Assembly: GCA_051294905.1 (NCBI GenBank)
Contig: CM119371.1
Span: forward strand, 13,828,001-13,888,000
Source: Botryllus schlosseri
Lineage: Eukaryota
DNA length: 60,000 nt
Reading direction: 5' to 3'
The position numbers and the translations under genes are program-made. Below the pieces are notes generated by a model. It searched no databases. It was not told the DNA's origin and saw nothing but the letters and a program-made list of their open reading frames with translations. Of the stretch, positions 49,485 to 60,000 are shown piece after piece. Within the stretch, counting starts at the first letter, position 1. Every line of letters starts with the position of its first letter.

Positions 49485-52400
49485 CAGGGGTGGGCAAACC
49501 TTTTAGCTCGCAGGCCGTAGTATATATAAAATCTGGATTATAAACCAAAAAAACATTTGTATTTGATGATATAGTGAGGCTATGGAAATAATATATATGG
49601 GTATTTAAAACACACCAACCATTGATTTGATGATATCATACACGCATCAGAAACATTGGCTACGTTTCATAAGCTGGTCAACCTCAATAACTAATTTTCA
49701 AAACTAGGGGTGAAAGTCGATTGTCCCGATCCCTAGAGCAGGATGGAGATTCGAATCTGTGAGCAGTGATATGTTTAAAGATTTGTCGATTCTATTTTGG
49801 TTCAATTCCGGGACACACAATGCTGACAGCGCTATAACCATGTCAGCTTCAAATAAGCCCCCACTTAAATATATAGATTTTATAACACAAATACTTCTAC
49901 ACATACAGATAACGAATCTACCTTCCTAACGCATGCGCCAATGGGTTTTTCCAAGTACAGCATTGAAAGTAATAAACTTGCTGGAGTGACCAATGTAAAC
50001 TTATACTCGTGATCCAAAAGTCCTTTCCGTTTTGAGTTTCTGTGATGGGGGGAAGGTACACCAAGATCATCAAAATTTTTCATAATTTTTTTATTGCAGA
50101 ATTACGAAGTATGAGACTGGCTCTTTCATAAAATATAATCATCTTGCATGATTTCAAGTTATAAGTAGGTTAAAATTCCATTTAAAATCTCTCATTTTCG
50201 TGAAAAATCGAGAATCCCCCCCCCCCCCCCATATTTTTTAACTAGCTCAAAATTAGCACCAAACACCCTGTCCTTGTAATTTAGATAGTTATAACATGGA
50301 GCCATATCTGTAATCACTCAAGCATGAATATCATAACATTATCTGGCTGCCAAAGCAGTTGTGAGCTCTCACAAGATGTGTCATTAGCTATCCTGTTTGT
50401 CGGGAGGAAATTTCTGAATTATTATACTTTTCAAGATAATATTGTGAGAAAATTGATAGTTAGTGGTGAGTTTACAATGGCCGGGACAAAGATAACAACA
50501 AAGCAGGCATTTAGCAAGAGAAGGAGGTATAATATGGTAAAAGAAAAGTTTCTAAGAAACCGAAAAAGTCATTCGAGAAAAGATTGGACCTTTTATCTGC
50601 TTCGAAGTCTGATGGTGGTTGATGAAATTCTGAAGAAACCTTTTTCCTAGCAAGTCATGTATCTTTGATGCAGTCATTCAATGTATTGTGACTTGCCCTG
50701 ACTGTGTTTCAACAGACAAGGGCTGTTGCCGTTGGCAAAATATCCAGCAAGGCTTTGCTACAGAGATTAGCATCGGAGTGTCGTGCTACAAGAAAGAATT
50801 TTTTCGTTGGTTCACCTCTTCAAAAGAGATGATGTTGAAGAGGAAGGCAAAAAGCATTGTCATCACCAGATCAATACCAAAGTGGAGCCAGTATTATCAT
50901 AATGCCATCGTAAATGGTACACCAGATGCACAGAATGCATCGACTAAAGTGTGGGCAATACTGATGCCTAACAGTTCAACTCCAGAAGAACCGATGCACG
51001 GTAATTGTGATGAAAAGTGGTGCTTTTACTTGAAAGCTAAACTTGAAGGTGCTACCGATCCAATCCGCAAGTATCCGCTGACAGCCAAAATGAGCGGTCA
51101 AACCCGTCTTCAAGGACCTTGCAAGTATTGATCTTCTTTCACAGTGCATGAACTTGCAAACGTAGAATGCTAACGACAACGAGTGCCCCCATAGCACCCT
51201 ATGGAAGCGATGCTCCGAGGAGACTTGCGTTGAAAGAGACTACCTGGAGTTTGCGGTAGCTCTAGCAGTGATAAGATGGAACACCGGTGCAACAGGTCTC
51301 TTCGATGTGTTAGAATCGGTAGGAATTCCAATGAGCCCCAGAGTCACAGATATGCAGGAATTAGAGACAACGCAATTCGAACCTAAAAATTCTTACGCCC
51401 AAATTGACACAACTTGTGATCGAAAACGAAGGAAATTAAAAAATTGATGCAGTGAAAGAGAGTTTGAGAAGGAAGGCACTACTTACAGTGCAGGACAGTT
51501 TTAATCATATCCATGCTGCATCCTTGGCTCTGGGCTCTCACTGTTATACCGTTCTTCCATCAACTAATTTTTCATGCCTTATTTTTATTATAAATTTGAT
51601 GGCATAAAATTGTATCGTTGAAGGAATCCAGTGTAATGTTGCCATAATACGCTCATTTGTTCAATCAGTAACAACTGCAGTGCATCTTGACAGTGTCACA
51701 GGGACCCAAATATGTCAATTCAACTGTTCTAAATCCAACTGTGATATTATGCTTGTCCAATTCAAGGTTCGGAAAATGTTCGCATATGGAATAGCAGTTT
51801 TGAGTGAAAAACTATAAAACCCGTCATACTTTATATCACTTATTATGCATTTATGTGCATTCAATCTCCTTCAAATTTGGTTATATCCTAATTCAAGCAT
51901 GCCTGATTACTGAGAGAACATTGCATTTCGCATATCTGTTCTAATTTTTCACAAATACAATTTTCAATTTTCAAAGTTGATTTTCTCAGCTTTTTGATTT
52001 TCACTGGTTTGGTTTATCTGCGGAAGGAAATTTCGGTATCAAATGATCTCCAATCTTGATCAAACTTGGCTCAATTACAGAAGTAGATGTGTTTTACCTG
52101 GTAGAATGATAGAATTTTGAGTTAGAGTCAGAGTTTAAGTTTGCTAGCTATGATTTGTTTTGTTTTATGAAAAAAAAGGAAATTTCGGTAACCTATTAGT
52201 GTCAAATCCACTTTCAGGTGATTTTTTCTGCATAATTGGAAACTCCAAGCATTCTACCAGGTGCTTAGGGGTATATGGATACCTAATCAATCATTATCTG
52301 GAGTTTATAAGCATTCCTTGAAGAGACAGACTTTCCGCCGTGCGAAGTGTTCAATTTGAAAATCTCCCCCCAATTTGGGCCCAAGGAATTATTTTGAGAA

Positions 52401-52762
52401 ACCAAAATTTACATAGAATATGGAGAATGGTATATTGAACTCACACACCAAATTTTAAGACGCCAGACTCTGTATTGTAGAAAATATAGCAATTTGAAAT
52501 TTTACGTAACGTAGGTGTACCTTCCCCCCTTAAGCAGTTGAAACCTTTAAAAATGTACGGGCATTGAGGTCGGGCTATCGCGCCAGCAATGAACTATAAA
52601 CATACTATAGTAAGAATATAACATAATTATCGTGGTGACATATAATAATAAAAAGTTTAATGGAGTCCCTGTACAGTAATTAGATTCTTAGTACGGAACG
52701 TTTCGGGAGCCTTTCGTGGGCCGCACAAAACGGTGTAGCGGGCCGTAGTTTGCCCACCCCAG
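49485..52762. mobile_element. hAT-type MITE hosting the Kolobok-like element
   Basis: Ends CAGGGGTGGGCAAAC / GTTTGCCCACCCCAG; perfect TSD GTTTACAT; its right part is also present in copy A (9240-9538). Confidence 0.9.
50047..52529 (+). mobile_element. Kolobok-like DNA transposon with a decayed, internally deleted transposase
   Basis: Perfect 16-bp TIRs GGGGGGAAGGTACACC/GGTGTACCTTCCCCCC; TTAA at the right flank and at the empty site in copy A (~9293); relic motifs QYYHNAIVNG...VWAIL..SSTPEEPMHGNCDEKWCFY and NAN...HSTLWKRC...LEFAVALAVIRWNTG. Confidence 0.7.
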
Positions 52763-54400
52763 GTTTACATTGATGTGTGAAATTTTCCAAATCGAGCGAC
52801 AAACGTTGAAATGTTGGACCGCATCCCTAAGTTGATAAGATCGGCATCACAGTCGCTTGATTTGAAAAATTCCACACAGTGTCCCCAAACTACTATATAC
52901 TGTACGAAATCCAAAGTGTCGAAAGCAAGTAGTTTTGTATAGAAACGGTTGAGTAGAAGCAATAAAAAATATGACTATTTGCGTATGTCTTATATATAAA
53001 TAGTAGGGTTACAAATCGTCCTCACTTTTCAGGATATCGAAAATGTCCTCCAAGGACGTCTAAATGTGAATCCGTCTTCCTTCATAGATTTGACAGCCAG
53101 GCTAATGGACGGGCTCGACTAAAAAACGCCATAAACGGAGAGACATCTGCGATGCGGATGTTTGGGCGGGTCATTCGTAACAAGGACTGGAAAATTGACC
53201 TTTCTTTAAACAACACCAGAGCACTATAGTATAAAGTGGGTCATACAGGAGTCGAGCAAGACAAAATGATTTTTTTACAATTTGTGGTTTTTGAAAAGTG
53301 CCTACGTTTCCAGACCCCAAAGTATGTTATCTCTAATAAGTAGCCAAACCTACTTCAGTTGTCCAAAAAACAGAAGTACTTTGCTGCTGACCATCTCTGC
53401 TTCCGAGTTGATAATTGTTCCTTGCATAGAATGTCGATATCAATCGTATTTGTGTCTTGTAAAATACGCAGCCGAATAAAATTCATCTCGAATGACATTT
53501 GGAAGACTACCTTGCTTGAAAGTTGCAGCTTGCTTGACCTTGATCAAAATAAAATCCTTGCCTGTGATGACAAAAAGAGGACACCTCAATTTATAAGCGA
53601 TCCAAATTCTAACTTTACAGTCACCCAACGTATTGAGACTTGTAAGGCAAATATTCGGAAGCATTCATTTGGCGAGAACAGAACATCAGAATTTACTGCT
53701 CCCAAGGTACATCCGTCAAACAGACGATGATCTTTGATAGATATCAACTTACCGGTTGATATGGTCGTATGATGGTCTTTTATGATTTAGGCTATGATGT
53801 TGATGATCAAAGGAACAGCATTTAAATAAAGATCTTTTGGTTGCAATCCACTGAAACAAAATCACGAGTTGTTGTATAAAGTATGAATGTGTGAATCTAA
53901 ATATATCACGGTTGTTCAATCCAGGCTGTCTTACCAGCATGTGTGTTATATAATGAGTCGGTTGCAAATGGGGATTTGATTCGATATCGAGGATTACAAA
54001 ACCATTTCTGCACCGCTACTTACAAATCCAGGTTCAAGAAGATACAGACAAAATAGTTTTCAGTTTTTTTTATACATTTTGTTATACCTATTGCTTGTGT
54101 CTACTATGCAATGTAGCCGAGTGCATTTTTTATAGGACATATGTTGGCCTTCTCTTCTGCTGCCAGAGTTAGAAACCATGCAAGCATGACATACAAAAGG
54201 CGGAGCATCGATAAGAAAGAGGCACGCATCACATCTGGACAAGGACATGCCACCACTTATGTGATGTACCAGCCACAAATAACAGAACAATGACAAAATT
54301 CACCGTTGGAGAGTATGCGCTGGCCATTTTCCAATGAACAATGTTAGTGGCTATCAGTGGACTTGAAGACTACACTACTTGAACACTGAACAGCATAAAC

Positions 54401-54866
54401 CAGGGTTGTAATGACTCGAGTTGCGATTTTTTGGAGACTCGACTGACTCGAGTCAATTTTTCAAATGCGTAAAATGACTCGACTCAACTCGAGTCAATTC
54501 GTGCATTGACTCAATTTTACTCGAGACTTCATTGTGCTTGACAGGAACCAAGTCGTATGACATCACATTAATGGTATTTCATCTATCAGTCCTGATACTT
54601 GTAAAACGGGGCCACAAATTGTAAGGACTGAAGAAAGATATTATGAATGCAAGCCATTCTAAATCAGTTGAGCAGAGTTAAAAAATAGGAGGTTTATGGG
54701 GATTGAACTCAAAACTGAACAGTGAACACAATGACTTGGACTCGACCCTGTACTCACTAACGAGGAATTGACTCGGTGGTGAATTGAAAATGACTCGACC
54801 TGACTCGAGTGGAAACTATGAAAGTGAGATTGACTTGTGAAAGCTTGTGACTTGGATACAACCCTG
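54401..54866. mobile_element. hAT-type MITE (CAGGGTTGTAA family)
   Basis: TIR CAGGGTTGTA/TACAACCCTG; TSD gcataaac/gcatattc. Confidence 0.85.
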
Positions 54867-56761
54867 GCATATTCACAGCAAAAAATTGAAATGCTATGTC
54901 ACAGTTTGATATTGAGTATGTTTCCGTACTAAAAGTACTCACTGAGAGAAAAGACTAATGGCATATGTGACTTTTTTTCGAGATGGAAGACTCTGGTTCT
55001 GAACTCTTCTATTTCTACAGCTACTTATGGTCGTTGACGCACCTGGGATACACTCTTCATTGTTTGAACTTGAAATCTTCCTCGACTTTCAGAAGAGACA
55101 CCTGGAAATAAGAAATTGTAAATAAATGTGTCACAAATATGTATAGCTCGCATAAATGTGTTCTGATCGAAAAAAATCACTGATTATTTTCATACAACTA
55201 GCGTAAGGCTATCATTCGCGTGAATCGAGAATTGCCAGATAGTAATATATGTGCTAATATGAACCAACCAACGTTTCGAAACAAATCATTGTGGAGACCA
55301 GTTGGTAGACAAATAAATTAGTGCATATTTCAGGAACCCATATACTGTCACAGTCATTAATCCTGGCTGAAATCGTACCAAGATTGTTTTGCTTGCATCC
55401 GGAACACTAGTATTCATTAAATATGAGCCTGAAAATGGGGTTGAAAATAGAAATTGTGAGAGTCATCCAAGTAACAAAAAATTATTCAACTTTTAAAGTT
55501 TCTTTTGGTCAGAACTTGGCACACTGATAAGTAAACCAAATAGCAAATATTTTATGTAGTTAAAAAAATATATTGCATACCTTTCTAAACATTGAAATAT
55601 GTCCTATACATGAGTAATAACACCGAAAAAACTTACAGCTTGATTTCGAAAATAATGTCTACTTTCTTCTTGACTGGTATAATTTACCATTTCTTTTCAC
55701 CATGCTTTGGAGACTAAGGCTATCTTGGCTCACAACAGCATGTGGAACGTTTCGATCTCCGACACTTCGACTTCATATATAAAGTATATATGCCACAATG
55801 AAGAGCATATAATTCATATCTCTGAAATGAACGAATATGATATGGTGAGTAATGGGATTATGTTATAATGACTAGAATTGTAATGAGTAGGGTTCATAAT
55901 TATTCACACACAATCAGTTATTAACCTTCAAACTCTATTTATAAGCACATACTGCTTTGAGTATAGTTTTGAAAGGGTCAGCTTCACTAAAGATCTACAG
56001 ATGGAAACAGCGAAATTTATATCACCAATAGGAACATGATTAATTAACAAACATCATATGGATCTTAACAAGGACACAAAACAATTTACCCTCATTTAAA
56101 TTTTCATGTGGGGGGTGATTTGAGCTGTTTAAAACAGAATTGCCGGCGCATAAGTCTATAAAGTCATTCAGCCCACAGTACTCAGTGGGTCGCCCGCTAT
56201 TGATATTGGCCATGCAGCAATTGTGGAATCGAGTTCTCAAGTCATCAAATTTCAGTCATTCAATACACATGTCGAGGAAAGAATAAAGTATGTCGAACTA
56301 TTTCCAATTTGGGCCACTTTGCATGCACTTTGGTAGGCTGTATCAATTAAACCCTCTGGCTATGCGACTGCTCGAACTATTTCGAATGTGAATCACATTG
56401 CACTTTGGTAGGTCGGGTTATGAAGTACATTTCCAAAAAATTGAATGAAAGCATTTCCATTTAATTTATAAATTATACAAATACACCCAAAAGTACGTTA
56501 TGTTTGACAGAATCTGAAAAACTTAAGTGAGAAGTTTCAACGAATTGAATTCGGAAGTAAAAGTGAACATGGTCACATAAAAAGCAACTTGGGGTACAAG
56601 TAACTAAATTGCAATGATTTTAACGAAAAATGCACAATTTTAAATGTAATTATGATGGAAATAGCATGATCAATTGTAGTATTGATAACACAAACAACTG
56701 GAAAATTTAAATTAGGCCTATGATAAGGAATATTTCTAATCATGTCTTGGATCAGTAAAAT

Positions 56762-58390
56762 TTATAATTTTACAAATGTAGATTCATAAATTGTAAAACA
56801 TTGATCAACTTCTGGCTTCACTATAATCCATTTGTCTTTCGAGAAATCATACTTTTCAATAACATTAGAGACTTTTCCATATGCTACTGCATAAATCCAG
56901 TTGCCCATGTGATGAGCAGAAACAAAGCTACGACAAGCAATCATAGATGACAATGAAGTCCACTGAGCTGAAATAACGTCGTAACATGATACGTAGTTGA
57001 CTTCGATCCCTCCACTGCAACCACCCAACACAAATATCTTTTGATCAACTGCAACGACACCCATATCCGACACAGGATATCTCATTGGCTCAAGGTCAAC
57101 CCACTCTGCTGAGAATGGAATGAATCTGCAGAATGAAGAAACTTCGACACCATCTTGTCCTATACCTCCAATACAATAAATAGAATCATCCAATGATACA
57201 AGACTTGCATCACAAATTGCTGTAGGTTTGTTTTGCAGTTGAGACCATTGATTTAAGGAATAGGTAAATGTTTCCACATCATTTGTTGCTTTGTGACAAC
57301 TTCCTCCAATAACAAATATTAATCCAGACCATGAAACTGATCGAGGAAATTCTCCATGGTCACAAATCATATCTTTCATTTTTTCCCATTTTGAATTTTT
57401 GCTTCGGCAATCGAGCCGGTGAACAGATTTATTCTCACATGGAACATAAATGTACGAGTCGAGAGAAATCGTCCCAAAATCTCTCAAATGCTTGAACTTT
57501 TCATCATGGAACTTCTCTACTTTCTCGGCTATTGGATCGAGGGATCTGATACAATCCGTGTCAGCATCAAAAAGAATAATGAAATCCCTGTTGTCAATTT
57601 CTCCTTTCGCTTTCCCCAATCTTTTTGAAGCTTTCAGTAGATGCCCATTGAACAACTTGTACAATCCAAAGTCATTGCTGATAATTAGGTTAGATTCCAA
57701 AAGATGTTCTAAAAATGCTGGCGACATTTTGTCAAACTTGATCACTTCAAGACATTTGTGCAAGTGTTCCTCATTTTTCCGATTATTTTCCACCCATCGG
57801 AGCGATAACGTTAGTTTTGCTTCTTCATACAATCCGGATTTTTCTGACTTCACAAAATTAAGGATGTCAGTTTTTTCAATATTTCCAAATCCAGGTTGCA
57901 TTGATATTTTCATGAGATTTTTCGAAAAAAATACTCTGCATCGAGTGGAGACCGCGTCCAGTCCGTAAATATCGGCGACTTTTCTTGTGGAAAAGTAATT
58001 CTCTACAGTAATTGATCGCTTTAAAATATCAGATACTGCCTGTTTCACATCTTCCAACTGCATCATGATCGCGGCATAAAGAAGATCATTCATCTTTTCA
58101 TTCGGGATCTCAATTTCACCTGAATATATGAAATCGATACAATTTTTCACACACTCTGAATCCACATCTTTGAAAACAACTTTTCCTTCACGACTTTCTT
58201 TTGTATCGTACTTTAACATGGCTTCGAAATAATCACAACCAGCTGACAATACATTTTTATGGGTGTAATAGATATCATGTCCAGCTTGAATTATGAAATC
58301 ACAATTATCTTGGTCTTGCTTCATTTAATGTAATTCTGTCAACATCTTCAGCGCATATTGTTCTACATTTCGACAAGCAACCTTCATCAT
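56762..58390 (-). CDS. Intronless Kelch-like protein (BTB-BACK-Kelch); TAA at codon 22, immediately followed by an ATG opening a 520-aa ORF (possible pseudogene)
   Basis: MMKVACRNVEQYALKMLTELH*MKQDQDNCDFIIQAG... aligns to MVQVVCQDVEKHAVKMLEQLHRMKQDEDHCDFIVQVG of the + paralog; kelch blades IFVIGG/IYCIGG/IFVLGG. Confidence 0.9.
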
Positions 58391-58938
58391 GATTGGTAGA
58401 ATAACCAATCAACTGTATATATAGTTATCCTCCGAATGTCACTAAGTACAACTGTTATTGAAGTAAAGCTGATCGGTTAACATAATCGTAACTGTCCGAT
58501 GACATATTTGCATCCGCTCAATACACATACTGAACAATGCGTTTTTCTTTGGACGCTCTTCCTTGCTCTTTTCATTCGATCGTCCTTCGCCAGGTCTTTT
58601 TGTCGCCATAAAGAACGAGCGACTCAGGCCCCAGGGGAGAAGGGGCCCGGATAAGATGGCGCTTCTTGCTACTACTACAAGTATGAATTGAATGAAGTCA
58701 CACTAGGTGAACTGAACACTGAACAGTGCTAGAACACCAGACATTTCGGTTATAACGCAGAGATCCGATCGAAAACGAAACGAATCGATTTTCCCTTTTC
58801 ACGTGTTCTTGTTGTTGTTTAGATACGAAACCATAGAAACAAGACGGTCGGGTGAATCATTGCAAATGTGCACTGAAAACATGTGAATTTATATTAATAT
58901 TATTTTTTCACTAAATAATATACTCAATATGGGAATAA

Positions 58939-58982
58939 ACCCCAGAATTTTCGGCTGACACTCCTCACGGGTAATCGTCAGC
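58939..58982 (-). ncRNA. Degenerate hammerhead motif (Penelope-type solo terminal repeat, same family as 7605-7648)
   Basis: Minus strand gctgac-g-attaccc-gTGAGGA-g-t-gtcagc-c-GAAA-at-TC-tggggt; the first core C is mutated. Confidence 0.55.
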
Positions 58983-59970
58983 CACTGATTGAGAAGTTGA
59001 CATAACATTGTATATCCATAGCAATAACTGGCATATGTGTAACCGCGACCGGGTAGGTGGGTCGAGGGTGTCTGAATAAAAGAATAGCCTTCAAGTGACT
59101 TAAAGTCGCCCCCGTTTTGGCCCCGTCCTATCTATTCATTGTATCGTAATCCTTTAGGATTGTATTCAAGTTACAAGGTTCCGGGTCACAAGACAATCTT
59201 ACTTCTATATTTTTCACTCGAGCCAAGTCGAGTGCAAAGCCCAGGTCCTCTCTCTCTCCTATATCACGTTATAGAATATTATCACATGACGTTATTTATA
59301 TTCGCCCTTGGTATAAATTGGCCCGCGAGAACATTTAACTTTGAGACCCGCTGAGCTAAGACATAACTGTCAGTTCTTTTGACATTGATATATAGAAATT
59401 GGCCATAACTATATTCATAGAAACGAACAGTAACTGTCTATTATATATTTGTAATATTTTCAGGGGTAAGTAAGAACCGCACGAAGGCTAGCTTCGGGCC
59501 GCGGTTGGGAATCGGTGACAGAAAATACTATAAACTTCATTGTGAGTGAATAAATTTGTACTTTTTATTGTTCGTGTTGCAGCCATTTTAAGACCAAGTT
59601 TTGTGACATAAAGATTGAGCTTGAAGCCACTCGATCCACCCAATGATATATATACAATGATTGGAAACTCAAGTGAGCTCTGCGTTTGAGCGCGTCGCGA
59701 GTCATGCTTCACTACAGGAATGAAATCGATGTAAACAAACGGTTCGCCAGCAATCTTTCTTCAGGAACTGGCGTTAACGTAGTGAAAAGTTTTTTATCGA
59801 GACCTCTTTTGCACGTGAATTGTGTGCATACTGTACAGGTTTTGGCCAATACCAGTAGCATGGCTTAATATTCAGACGAAACTGATGTACCAGTGTGCCT
59901 ACGTGATGAACATTGTGATCGGAGGTGGTCTCGCAGTATCAAATAAAGGTGGATACTTCATAGTACGAGC

Positions 59971-60000
59971 TAGAGTTGGGATCAGGTCACTATCTTCAAG
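59971..60000. mobile_element. Start of another CAGTGTTGGGAT-family MITE, cut by the window edge
   Basis: tagagttgggatcaggtcactatcttc resembles cagtgttgggatcaagtcactaccttc. Confidence 0.6.

Larger units (their letters stand above)
45663..55895 (+). repeat. Segmental duplication, copy B (partner 4015-14851)
   Basis: Colinear homology as listed for copy A. Confidence 0.9.

Noticed and set aside
57450..57968. 172-aa + strand ORF (likewise 25095-25622 on -)
   Set aside because: Antisense shadow of the coding frame on the opposite strand

Overview
AT-rich, repeat-dense eukaryotic (metazoan) genomic DNA; the intronless kelch genes and the TE repertoire suggest a marine invertebrate such as an ascidian, but that is inference. 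No prokaryotic features, rRNA or CRISPR arrays. Host genes: two convergent intronless BTB-BACK-Kelch (KLHL-like) paralogs near the window ends (2475-4094 +, 56762-58390 -), each broken by exactly one in-frame stop; a 3' remnant of a third paralog at 45664; an orphan terminal exon resembling the CENP-C/Mif2 cupin domain (17215-17394); and a few unidentified exon-like or ORF pieces. A ~10 kb segmental duplication (about 4015-14851 versus 45663-55895) carries different TE insertions in each copy, giving matched empty and filled sites. The rest is mostly nested TEs: many hAT-type MITEs with 8-bp TSDs, a P-type foldback MITE, a TTAA-targeting Kolobok-like element, tRNA-derived SINEs, a decayed Ty3/Gypsy element, RNase H-bearing LINE ends, a Tx1/L1-like ORF1 relic, and Penelope-like elements. 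The Penelope ends carry minimal hammerhead ribozyme motifs with a 6-bp pseudoknot that covaries between two families. All calls are by eye, without database searches.
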